Assembly: GCA_043228905.1 (NCBI GenBank)
Contig: JBHGNT010000004.1
Span: 62,001-126,000 of the forward strand
Reading direction: 5' to 3'
DNA length: 64,000 nucleotides
Origin: Azolla caroliniana
Taxonomy: Eukaryota; Plantae; Polypodiophyta
The notes beneath the pieces are model-generated. The model was not told the origin of the DNA, ran no database searches, and saw only the letters and a list, made by a program, of their open reading frames with translations. Of this stretch, positions 44,698-56,200 are shown in pieces. Every line of letters starts with the position of its first letter. Position 1 is the first letter of the stretch. The position numbers and the translations under genes were made by a program.

Positions 44698-46016
44698 TGC
44701 TGCTGAAAGACAAGCATTCGTAATTTCAAATTGAATTGATTTTCAAAATGCAAATGTTGACTGCCAAATGAAGGCATGACTCATACGCACCAAGATCAAA
44801 TGCTGTTATACTACACTTTATTTTCATTTTCTATATGGAAGTATAGCAAATGATCATCCTGTACAGGATATAATCTATGGTGTTTCTTATGTTGCCACTT
44901 CAGAGGTTGAAACTAAAACTCTATGGTAAATAACCCATAAAAGGTGTTATTGTGGGTTCCTTATCTTGAAAGCCTGTCGTCTATAGTGTGTAGGATGAGG
45001 CATTACAGTTGCAACTAAAATATCAACTTGATTACAGAATGAACGAAGTGTTCAAAAAGTATTTTGAGCCGCGGTTGAATGTCATTTCTTCCATACTCTG
45101 AAAATTGTGGGTTTCATTCTATATCTTTTTTATAAAGTTTATATTTTATGATGATAAATGATTGTGGTTTTCTTATTTTTAATTATGAAGACCTAATATC
45201 ATTTGTCTCTCTTGTCATTGTCTGTAGATTATTGCTAATATATCTTATCTCTCTGATATGTTTCTAAATTTAATTCATTGCAACATTTGCCAACAAGCAG
45301 CAGTGCATCACATCATAGTTATGTAATGTTTTCAACTGGAAACCATGGTTGGTCTGGCATTTTCATATTTTATTTTCATTATATGTGATATAAAATAATT
45401 CATTATGCTTGAATCACTTTCAAATGAATTTCTTGATTTTGATCTTTTACACGTATTCACTATTATTTTTGAACAATACTAGCTGCTTTAATTTTGAATT
45501 ATCTGAACACTATTTCTTGAAAGCTATTTGCAGTAATGAAAAAGGTTGAAGACTTTGTTATGCATGTAATTCCTGAAGGGTAATGCATCAGTGCTGTCAA
45601 AATATGTATTTCCAAGTTGGATATTGAGATGCCAATTTGCCAAAGTGGTACTCCTGAATATTTCTGTGATATTCAGCAATCAAATAAAAGGAAAGGTAGA
45701 CAATACAATATACATTTCTATAATATAGCCTAATTGATGCATATGAACTTCTAAACCCTTTGTGGATTGTGGTCTGTAAAAATCACATCAACTCATTTAT
45801 TTCACGGTTTTTCAAGTGGTACAGTAACACCGTCTTTTATGGATACGCTTTTACCATGATGGATAGTTCATGCATGAAACAAGATCAAGTTTATAGCTTT
45901 CTTTTAAAGACCCAAATAATTCTATTATTTGGCTGGAAGATATGTTGTCCATCTATTTAAAGAAAAAATACCCCAAGGAATCAATCAGTCAGACTAATCT
46001 CAATCTCAATACGCAG

Positions 46017-46242
46017 CTTTTGTTTGTGGAACATCATGCTTTCAGTACCCTGGTTATCATCATTTGCGATCCCAAATCTAGGGTTAATTGATATATAAAG
46101 GGCTACCTACCCTGTTGTGCACTAACTGTCATTTTCTTTGTTTGTGAAACATCATGCTTTCAGTGCCCTGGTTATCATTATTTGTGATCCCAAATCTAAG
46201 GTTAATTGATATATAAAGAGCTACCTACCCTGTTGTGCACTT
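46017..46242. repeat. Tandem duplication, about 120-bp unit x2
   Basis: TTTGTTTGTG.AACATCATGCTTTCAGT.CCCTGGTTATCAT...GCTACCTACCCTGTTGTGCACT occurs twice, 3' of the first PPR gene. Confidence 0.9.
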
Positions 46243-46428
46243 CCTGCTATTTTCTGCATTTAGAGCCACCTAAATCACTTGTAGCAAGGACATACAAACT
46301 CTCTTTTGAATGCACCATCAATTCCTGATGTACCAGCGTGTTTCCTTTTTCTCCATGTCATCAAGGAGAACTAATATCCAGCTATTTCCTCTATGCTCTG
46401 TTCATCATCCTTAGAAATATATGGCACA

Positions 46429-48405
46429 CTAGAATGCCAAAAGCTGACTTGCTGCATATATATTGCTCATACCAATAAATGCAGCAGCATTACTTTTGTC
46501 TAGATGCACTGACTGCTCAAATGTCCATCTCCCAAGCTCTACATTTACCCATTTTTGGCATGCCCCCAAAAAAGGCAACAATAACTTGAGTCGATCTGAA
46601 GGTGCCACTTTCTCAATCACTTTCAGTGCCTTATCAAAGTGCCCTGCTTGGCTGAAAAGGTGAACCATGCAAATGTAGTGTTCTAGAGTTGGATTTAGGC
46701 AATAAATGTTGGTCATTACATCAAAATATGTTTGCCCATCTTGAATTAACCCCGCATGACTACATGCAGTTAGAAGAACTGCAAATGTAACTGCATCTGG
46801 CATTAAACCTTCTGATTTCATTTTGTTGAATGCAATGAAAGCCTTTTTTACTTCACAGAGTTGAGCATATCCAGAAAGGAGTACATTCCAAGAGACAACA
46901 TCATAAAAAGGAAGATGATCAAACACTCTGTATGCTTTTTCAAGCATTCCAAACTTGGCATACATGTCCACCAATGCATTGCCAAGCACAATATTGTCCT
47001 TCAATAACCCTTTATTGTGCACCTCACCATGTATTTCCTCTCCCTTGTCTACTGATCCAATGCTTCCACAGGCTTTCAGAACACAAGCATATGTGACCAC
47101 GTCTGGCATGATGCCCTCATCTTGCATCTTTGCATAGCATTTCAAAGCTTCTTCACTGAGACCATGAATGGTATAGCCAGATATCAACGCAGTCCAAGAG
47201 ATGACATCTTTTACGGAAAGCCCATCAAACACTTCTTGTGCTTTTTTAATTGCACCACACTTAGTATACATGTCCACAAGTGCATTGCCGAGTGAAGCAT
47301 TGTTTTCTAATAGACCATCTTTCTTCTTGATCTCAACATGTATCTCTTCTCCCTTCTCAAGTGATCCTATGCTAATACAAGCACTCAAAGCACACAAAAA
47401 GGTTACTGCATTTGGAGGAAACCCTTCATCTTGCATCATGGCAAAGCAACTGAGTGCTTCATCACCAAGCCTATGTTGGGCATATCCAGAAAGCAATGCA
47501 TTCCAAGTGATGACATTCCTTACCGGAAGCTCATCAAAAACTTCTCGTGCTTTTTCAAGTACACCACATTTCACATACATGCCAACAATTGCATTTCCTA
47601 GGACAACATTGTCAGAAAGTAACCCTTTGCTTGCAACTTCGGCATGTATCTTTTCCCCCTTCTCAGTCAATCCGAGACTACCACAAGCATTCAAAACACA
47701 TGCAAATGTGATGGAGTCGGGGGATGTTCCTTCAACTTGCATCTGTGCAAAGCAATCCAAAGCTTTCTCGCCAAACCCATGATTTACATATCCATTAATC
47801 AAAGCATTCCAAGAGGCAACATCTCTAATCAAAATCTCATTGAACACTTCCTGTGCCTTTTTTATCATACCACATTTGGCATACATATCAACTAACGCAT
47901 TACCCAGTACAGTGTTGTGTGATAACAGCCCTTGTTTTCTGACCCTGGCATGCATATCTTCTCCTTTCACAACTGATTTGATGCTTCCACAAGCTTTGAA
48001 CATGCAAGTAAAGGTGATAACATCTGGCGGGTGACCTTCTTCTTGCATAGACCTAAACCATTTCAAAGCTTCATTTCCATATCCTTGTTGGGCATATCCA
48101 GAAATCAATGCATTCCAACAAACAACATTTCTTACCAGAATCTCATCAAACACCTGTTGAGACTCTTTGAGAGAACCACACTTAGAGTACATGCTAATGA
48201 GGGCAGTGTGAATATACATGTCTTTGTGAAACAAACCTCTGTGGAGTATATGAGAGTGTATCCGTCTGCCCCGGTGTAGATCTTTGTGTTTGCCACATTT
48301 CTTTATACAGTGAAGGAGAGAAATACGATCGTAGGGGTCCTCTGTATTACTTCCTGATCCCACAATGAGCTCGCCATAGCTCGCCATAGCCGTGAGCTTC
48401 TCCAT
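46429..48405 (-). CDS. PLS-class pentatricopeptide repeat protein with truncated E region, no DYW; single exon
   Basis: Open frame from ATG 48405 (the ORF track starts at TTG 48426). Repeated P-L-S triplets (VVCWNALISGY..G, PDVITF..LKACG, GNALVDMYAKCG), then LLTACSHAG, EHYICMV and an ending AAFIGMSNIYAA. Confidence 0.92.
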   Translation of the reverse strand: MEKLTAMASYGELIVGSGSNTEDPYDRISLLHCIKKCGKHKDLHRGRRIHSHILHRGLFHKDMYIHTALISMYSKCGSLKESQQVFDEILVRNVVCWNALISGYAQQGYGNEALKWFRSMQEEGHPPDVITFTCMFKACGSIKSVVKGEDMHARVRKQGLLSHNTVLGNALVDMYAKCGMIKKAQEVFNEILIRDVASWNALINGYVNHGFGEKALDCFAQMQVEGTSPDSITFACVLNACGSLGLTEKGEKIHAEVASKGLLSDNVVLGNAIVGMYVKCGVLEKAREVFDELPVRNVITWNALLSGYAQHRLGDEALSCFAMMQDEGFPPNAVTFLCALSACISIGSLEKGEEIHVEIKKKDGLLENNASLGNALVDMYTKCGAIKKAQEVFDGLSVKDVISWTALISGYTIHGLSEEALKCYAKMQDEGIMPDVVTYACVLKACGSIGSVDKGEEIHGEVHNKGLLKDNIVLGNALVDMYAKFGMLEKAYRVFDHLPFYDVVSWNVLLSGYAQLCEVKKAFIAFNKMKSEGLMPDAVTFAVLLTACSHAGLIQDGQTYFDVMTNIYCLNPTLEHYICMVHLFSQAGHFDKALKVIEKVAPSDRLKLLLPFLGACQKWVNVELGRWTFEQSVHLDKSNAAAFIGMSNIYAASQLLAF

Positions 48406-50387
48406 GTGCAGTCGCCCCCCACCCAACCAACGGCTGAAGGTCCTGCGGGTTATTGTTTTCAGATACTACATAAGTATGCTCTGGTTTCTCTTCCATTTAC
48501 AAATCTATGCTCCGTGATTTCTAGCTACATTTCTTTGACACTAGCATAAACACATTTTGGCCTATTTTGCTCAAATATGTATAGTGAAGAAATTAAATGA
48601 GCTTCACGGAAGCTAGGAAATTTTGATGCCGTGTACTACCCTTGTTGCATACTTAAGAAACTACTTTTGTGTTGTACATTGCGATTGTATGCCATCTCCA
48701 ACGATGATTTGAACTATAGCTCCGAAACAAACTTATCAAACATAAGAAAACTCTAACTGTAACTCACATCCCTTCACCTCCGTGATGCTACAGAAATCCA
48801 TACATGATCCATAAGACCGAATGAAACATTTTTTCGTATTTGTGCATCGATAGAAATTCTACTAGGCCGTGTTTGGAATCGAGACTTGTGTTGTGCTTGA
48901 GTGATAAATTAGGTGGGTAAGGAACCATGATGGAGCATGCTTGTGTAGTGTTTCTGGAAAAACACATGTAGATTCTATTATTATCCTCAAAGGTCAAATA
49001 TGAGTTGATTAAATAGTGATATCTAGTCTTTTACTAATACATGTTGCAATTGAGAGTGCCACAATGCGACTTAGAGAGAAATATGTGTACAATTAGGTAA
49101 GGGTTGAAATTTGGGGAAAGCAAGCCCTAAGTTGATTGGTCGTGGAGCATTACAATAAAATGTGATAATTACACTCACAAACATGTTTAGGCAAGACATG
49201 CATAACCCATAGGTCTCCTAGTCGATGTCATGCCACCCCACCTTACATTGAAGAGAAATGTGAGCTAATGTATATGGAAATGATGATATCGATTGCGGAT
49301 AAGAGTGAGGGGTTTAACGTTTATTACTACATGCATAAATACCTCAATACTTGCCTCCAACATACATTCATTATCTATCTAATTTAGTCATGGTGGTTCA
49401 ATATAGGTTCGTCATAATCTAATCTTAATTTCCAAATACCACACAATATAGTCTAACTTTATGAAGACTTTTAATCTCCCCAAGTGATTGGCTGCCACAA
49501 TAACCTAACCATTGAATGTTGCCAATCTTATGTTGTAGTCTTCGTCTAATCTCAAGTAAGCGCTATCTGAAGTAGACTAATTGCATATTCTTCCTGAATT
49601 CTTCTTTAAGTGTGATTAATTAGCAAATTGGTCAATTATAATATTCCATTATTTCCCAACGTGTTAAGTAACTTATTGGAATGAGTAATTGTTTGATCAA
49701 GCAGTATGATCAGTTGAATGTTTAATTAAAACAGTTTATTGAACGCATATCCTTGCTCATTAAGGATGGAAAGGCTACCAACTGCATCCTTTGGCCCCTT
49801 CTCAATTGATGTCAACTCTTTTGAACAAAGAGCATTCCCCTATGCAAGCCCCTTGCACAAGGTGGAATAATCCATGAAAAGAAAGTAGCGCTCATGTGGC
49901 CAAACAAACTTTGGCATATGTCAAATCGTTATCCATAACCAATGTAGAGAATTTGGACTACTTTCAGTCCCATATGTTGATTTTTTCATGTGCTCGTGTT
50001 AACCATATACTTCAAATCCAAGCCCAAGAAAATTTTCTAGGTTATTGGGAAGGTAGTTTTATTATAATCTCATGGCTCACATCATATATGCTCCATGTTC
50101 CCATATTGATGATATTTTACCCTGTATGTTAAGGCTTGCTCTTTCAGTTATTATTCAAGAAATCAACTTTCATTCGTGTTTCCATAAGATGATTTCTCGT
50201 TGCAATGTCTCTTACCCACATGTAGTTTCATTTTGAGATGGTTTCAGCATAGATGATGAAACATACCCGAAATCCAAAGGCCCTGTACGTTTTGCTAGTA
50301 TTCTTGGAAAGTACATTCCATTTGTAGTGGTCATTGCCTACATCAAGGTTCATTTTGAAAATAATTTAGGCTCAATGTCTCCTAGAA

Positions 50388-52064
50388 TTAGGTTTGCAAC
50401 ATGTTTGACAGCACTTTATATGGTGCAACGTTCTTCGGCTCCAACTCAAAGCAAAAGCGTGCTAATCGGGCTCCTCTGTCAACATCACCATGAAGCCGAC
50501 AAGCACTTAACAAACATAACCAGGCAGTCACTGAACCTTTGTCGAATGGTGAAGTGTTGATCAATGCTTCGGCTTCATCCAGGCACCCTGACCGCCCAAG
50601 CAGATCAACCATACACGCACTCTGGTCCATCGTAAGCATGGGGACACAATGTGTATGTACATACAAAAATAAGTGTCTTCCCATATTGATCAATCCTGAA
50701 TGACTACATGTGGTCAGAGCCAACAAAAAAGTTATAGCATTGGGCTCTATTCCCTCATGGTGCATCTTATGAAAGTAAGAAAGGGCATCCTCATCATCGC
50801 CATTGTGAGCATACGTTGCGACCATAGCATTCCAAGATACAATATCATGGAATGGCATACTCTTGAAGACTCCTTCTGCATCATTTATGCCTCCACATTT
50901 GCCATACATATCAATAAGGGCATTTCCTACTTCGAGAACTTCCTCACATCCAGCCTCTAGAACTGAATGATGTATCATTTTCCCTTGTTCAAGCACTCCA
51001 AGGTTCGCACATAATTCTATGGTAGAAAGGAATGTGACGCGATCTGGTTTAACTCCATTGATGAGCATCTCATGAAAAAGAATGAGACCCGCCCAGAAGC
51101 AATCATATTGGATGTAGGCTGAGAGCATTGACGTCCACGAAATGACATTTGGAGCCTCAATTTGATTGAAGCTATGACCAGCCTCGAGTAAGCACCCAAA
51201 CTTTGCATATAAGTTTATCAAAGCAGAGCCAACCATTACATTCTCTTCAAAACCACAATACACGGATGCAGCATGAATAATTTGCCCATCGAAAAATGCC
51301 GAGATTCCAGTGCAAGCATCAATAACACAACCATAAGCTATGGTCTCAGGTTCAAATCCTTGCAAGAGCATCTCTCCAAAGAGATGTAGTGCCTTGTCTC
51401 CTTCTTCATTGTGAGAATAAGATGCAATAATTGTGGTCCAAGAGACCACATTACGATGTGGCATCTTTGCAAAGATTAATCGAGCCTCATCTATTCGACC
51501 ACATTTACTATACATATCAAGAATCGCATTCCCAACAACTACATTATACCAGTGTCCATTTTTAACTATGTCTGAGAATATCTCTTCTCCCTCTACAAAT
51601 GCTGAGAGTCCAGCCGCAGCATTCAATGCACACACATAAGATATAGCACTTGGTTTTATGTTTTCTAATTGCATCTGAGAAAACCATAGTAAAGCTTCAT
51701 ATCTATATCCATGTTGGGCGTATGATTTTATTATAGCATTCCAAGAGACCACATCTCTGCAAGGCATCTTCTTAAAAGAAGAAATTGCGTCTTGAAGCTT
51801 CCCATTCTGACCTAACGCATTGATGAGAATGTTCCACGAGTATAAATTAGGGTTTCTGATCCTCTGAAATGCTTCTTGAGCAGAAGAAGGGTTCCCACAG
51901 TCTCCATACATCTGAATGATCCAGTTTCCAACAAACGTGTCTGTATCCAAGCCATTTGCGATGATCTGTTCGTGAAGGAGCGTTCCATGGCGCAGAGAAT
52001 GAGTTTTGCCGCAGTGTTTTAGCTTCGAAGCTATGGAGGATATGTCGAGGAAGCCATCTCTCAT
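50388..52064 (-). CDS. PLS-class pentatricopeptide repeat protein with truncated E region, no DYW; single exon, 558 aa
   Basis: P-L-S repeats (VVSWNAII, GNAILDMYSKCG), then CSHSG, CMVDLLGRSG, WLCLLSACRLHGD and an ending APYKVLSNM. Confidence 0.92.
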   Translation of the reverse strand: MRDGFLDISSIASKLKHCGKTHSLRHGTLLHEQIIANGLDTDTFVGNWIIQMYGDCGNPSSAQEAFQRIRNPNLYSWNILINALGQNGKLQDAISSFKKMPCRDVVSWNAIIKSYAQHGYRYEALLWFSQMQLENIKPSAISYVCALNAAAGLSAFVEGEEIFSDIVKNGHWYNVVVGNAILDMYSKCGRIDEARLIFAKMPHRNVVSWTTIIASYSHNEEGDKALHLFGEMLLQGFEPETIAYGCVIDACTGISAFFDGQIIHAASVYCGFEENVMVGSALINLYAKFGCLLEAGHSFNQIEAPNVISWTSMLSAYIQYDCFWAGLILFHEMLINGVKPDRVTFLSTIELCANLGVLEQGKMIHHSVLEAGCEEVLEVGNALIDMYGKCGGINDAEGVFKSMPFHDIVSWNAMVATYAHNGDDEDALSYFHKMHHEGIEPNAITFLLALTTCSHSGLINMGRHLFLYVHTHCVPMLTMDQSACMVDLLGRSGCLDEAEALINTSPFDKGSVTAWLCLLSACRLHGDVDRGARLARFCFELEPKNVAPYKVLSNMLQT

Positions 52065-53164
52065 GCTCGGTTAAGCTTAGGCGCCATAGCCAAGCCCTGC
52101 GGAAGAAGGGGCAGGTGGTTGGTGGTGTAGATGGAGAAGAAGAAGAAGAGGAAGCCACACCATGAGCACACTAGGGGAAAAAAACACAACCTTGCAAACA
52201 ACTCATTCGTTAGGGTCAGAAGCACTCTCATTTAGATCGAGTCCGCATAAAAGCTTCTGAGAATGTTGTTAACTCGAGGAAAAATACACACGGAACCACA
52301 ATATTAGGTACATGATAGTGTACGCGGAGAGCAAATAACATATTGATAAATGGAACAATGAGGCGCGGTTATGACATCAAGGGTTGTTATACAATGAGAG
52401 AGATAGTAGTGCATGTACGCCTCAACATTGTGATATAGACTTATTTGTGTTAATGATATGTGGAAAGAGTTTAGTGTGATCAATAGATGAGATAAGTGAG
52501 AGATCAATGAAGACATTGGGTTTGGGTTTAGAATTGAAAAGTAGGACAAATGAACCAAGAAGCAATTAAGATAGAACATGTGAATTGAAAATATATAATC
52601 ATAGTCATGGTATTATAAGGTCAACTCATATAGAGATTAGTAAGATTGGAGTAAACCACAAATGATAAAAAAGATTGATTAATAAATAGGGAGAGTTCAT
52701 ATAAAGATCGAGAAGCATGGAAACATAAATAAAATCATGATTACGAATCATTGGATTTGTAAGCATGGCAACATCAATGAAGTCATGGTTGATGTTCATT
52801 CACGACTTCAAAGGTCAATACACATGTTGACATCGGTTAAGTGTTAAGTAATGTAGAGATTGGATCACTAATCAAGACTTTGGATTGGATTAACAAGCAT
52901 GGCAACAATGAGTGAGCTTGGAGCAACGCTGATTAACCTGTGATTCGATCGTTGGTCTCGGACATGGGACTCACGTCAACAATACCTGCGTTGATTTTTC
53001 TGGGCTTTCTTTTTCTATATCTCTCTCTCTTTTCCTTTTAGTTTACCCTAGTAGTAAATTTTTACACTACAAGCACTATGTCCTAGGTTCGAAAGGCAAA
53101 TTTCTCACCTCTCTATTATATACTTGAAACTTCATACATATCTCTTAATTTACTAGTTCCCATT

Positions 53165-53225
53165 GGGGAATGTAGGGGTTGAACCCATGACCTCTTGCTC
53201 TCCATTGGACACCTTAATACTATAT
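53165..53225 (-). mobile_element. Degenerate tRNA-derived SINE head or tRNA-like relic
   Basis: The minus strand reads GAGGTCATGGGTTCAACCCC, resembling a tRNA variable loop plus T-arm/B-box. The A-box is weak and there is no intact cloverleaf. Confidence 0.3.
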
Positions 53226-53275
53226 TCGTTTAAAAAATTCAAGCTGTGAAATTCGTTCCCTGTCGCTTTTAGTTT

Positions 53276-53288
53276 TTTCCCCGCCAAA
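53276..53288 (+). promoter_or_regulatory. E2F sites immediately upstream of DDX11/CHL1
   Basis: TTTCCCCGCCAAA gives TTTCCCCG on the plus strand and TTTGGCGG on the minus strand, 5 nt before the ATG at 53294. Confidence 0.6.
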
Positions 53289-53293
53289 AATCC

Positions 53294-56200
53294 ATGGCTT
53301 CTTCTGCTTCTGCAGAGGCCAGAGATGAATTTCCCGCCTTCCCTTTCGAACCCTACCCCGTTCAGCTCCGCTTCATGAAGGAAATTTACGGATCTCTGCA
53401 GAGAGGAGGAGTCGCTGTAGCCGAAAGTCCCACAGGTATCTGTAATTATGCTCCTTTTTTTTTATATGAAGCCGCTCCTTTCTTTTCTCGTGCTTTTCTG
53501 ACCTAGTTTCTGTGACTTTCTGTTTCATTTCCTTCTATCAGGAGCTGGAAAAACAATACAATAAGTATGACTCTCATGATCTTACTCCTGTCCGCTCATC
53601 TCTTTGCGTTTTCCTTTTTCTAGGAACCGGAAAAACTCTAAGCTTGATCTGTAGTGTCTTGCAATGGCTTCAAGATCGAAGATCGTCGCAAGTCAGTGAA
53701 GAAAAGGCAGATTCTTCACTCTCCATTAAAGATGAAGATAATACCAGTGTAAATTTGGAATCTGAACCACAGTGGTTGCGAGAGTTTTGCAAACCTAACA
53801 GTGGAAAACAGCAGAAAAACGCAACAAAGAATGTAAAAAGGAAGACATTTAGTAGCAAAATCTTGAATATATCTAGCGAGAAGAAGAATCCGCAAGTAGA
53901 TTCGTCACACAGAGATCATGGAAATGTTCTAATTCAGGATCAGGATCAAGATGAAGAAATTTTCCTTCTCGATGACTATGACAGTGGAGTTGAATCTGGT
54001 TTTGAGAAAAATAGCAGGAAAAGGAAGGTTTATCACACATCAGACGGGAGCAGTGATGAGGAAGTGGATTTGGAAGAGGAAGAAGATGTACAACCAATGA
54101 AGGTATTTTTCTGTAGCAGAACACATTCACAGTTGTCTCAATTCGTGAAGGAATTGCAGAGAACTGTATTCTCTTCCTCATTGAAAGCTGTTACTCTTGG
54201 TTCAAGAAAGTCTCTTTGCATTAATCCAGGTACAAACTAATGAATTCCCAATACTGGAACCACACATGCATGTAAAGGCACATGAATTTTCTTGGCCAAA
54301 ATGGCTCCGAAGTCTTAGGTCAAAAACTTAGCATAGGATATAGTAGTATAGAGACACAAATTGACAAAGCACAGGGGTGTAGATTCACAGGTGTAACCCT
54401 CAGAGGGCATATTCAGGGAGTCTAATCTTATTAGATGCACTACGATTGAACTGGACTTGTGCTTTGTCCATCTCGGATTGCACGTTCTCATAGATACAGT
54501 GGCAATTAAACACATTCAAATAGGATAAAATGAAAAAAATAGTTGTGCTAGGAACATTCTTCATCCTGAAAGAAAACTGCTGTATGTCTAGAGGATCTGA
54601 TGTTCTTCTTTGGAGTACAGTTCCTCAGTTATGTCATGTATGAAACAGTTCCCTTTCTGTAATCATGTATGAAACACCAGTTATAAAACATATCATCTGT
54701 TTTTTTAAACTTGATCTCTTAAATGAAGACCTTTTGTTCTTCTTATGAATTATCATGAATGATGCAGATGTGCAGAAGCTAGGGCATCCATCTCGTATTA
54801 ATGAACGATGCTTGGAGCTTCAGAGGAACAGCAGTAACCGAAGTGCCGAAAATAAGGTATGGCACACCTTAATCTAGCAAATGTTTAGTAAAAAGAGTTT
54901 TTGATTATCGAGTTTTTACTCAGGTAATTTGTTTGACCAATGCTGAACATCATCTGACTGTTTAAGATGCTTGTTTGTCTGGCCCCTAGATTGACACCAC
55001 CCCACCCTCTTTATTTGTTATGATATTATGATATTATGTAAAATGTGTCACTTTCGTGAAAAGTTGCTGGCTTCTTTGGCATATACAATAAATGTTGAAT
55101 CTGCTGATGAATTTCAGTACATATGTGGGAGATGCACCTAGTACTCCACATTGATGAATCAGGGACAATTTCATCCTCCTCAGTTGACAGTCTATTATTT
55201 CTTCCTTCTCGTTGTCCATTAGAGCAACAATTGAGGAATTTATACAAGTGTGTGGACCAAGTCCTGAGCTTAAGGTGCAATCAATGGGAAAATGGAAGCT
55301 ATCAAGTTCCATCTAATTTTGATGATTGAGTGGTCTGACATCAAAACTGCTGATATAAACCTTAAGGAATGCTATTATTAGTTAGCTCAAGAAATACATA
55401 CTTATGCATTATGCACAAGTTTCCCCATTTGAGTGTCCTCTGAATACTTATAAAGGATGGCTTTTTAACAAGGTGGAATCTGTTGGGAATCTGAGCATGG
55501 TTTGATAATCCCATTTTCTTGCAGTTACCAGCAAAGAAGAGTCATGGAAGGAAAACAAAATGTACAGGTTGCCCATTCATGAAAAAGAAGGATCTTCAGA
55601 GAAGGTTCAAAGAGCATGCTTGGGAATCAGAAGTATTAGATATTGAAGATCTGGTGCAACTGGGTCAAGGGCTTGGTACATGTCCTTATTATGGTTCAAG
55701 GCACATGATTCATTCAGCAGACCTTGTAATTATGCCCTATCAATCCCTCTTGCATCATCAAACTCGAGAGTCTCTTGGAGTTAAATTGGATGGCTGTGTT
55801 GTGGTCATAGATGAGGCCCATAATCTTGTAGATTCTATTAGTGATATGCATAGCTGCCAAATATCATTTTCTCAAGTAAGCTTTTATTGCAAACTTGATA
55901 TATTTCACACTTTGCATCCTATGTTCCAGTTTGTATCACGTACTGCATGCTCATATCATTTATGCTTTTAATGGCAGCTTAATCAAGTGAAGTTGCTACT
56001 TTCAATATATCTAAGTAAATTTAGGGAGATGCTTAGTGCTGGAAATAGACGTTATATACAAACACTGCTGACACTTATTGAAGCCTTTCTTAATCGTCTA
56101 GTTACTGGCAATGACAAGTGTGCGCGGCTGACAGAAGGCAACGAGACAGTAGAAATGCTTACTATTAATGATTTTCTCTTCTCATTGGATATTGACAACG

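Noticed and set aside
46463-48279. Plus-strand ORFs inside PPR1 (for example 47201-47782, 193 aa)
   Set aside because: Antisense shadows of the repetitive PPR codon structure with no independent protein features.
55026-55329. Overlapping ORFs in DDX11 intron 3 as an extra exon or nested gene
   Set aside because: Exons 3 and 4 join in phase without it and I recognise no domain; possibly a decayed fragment.
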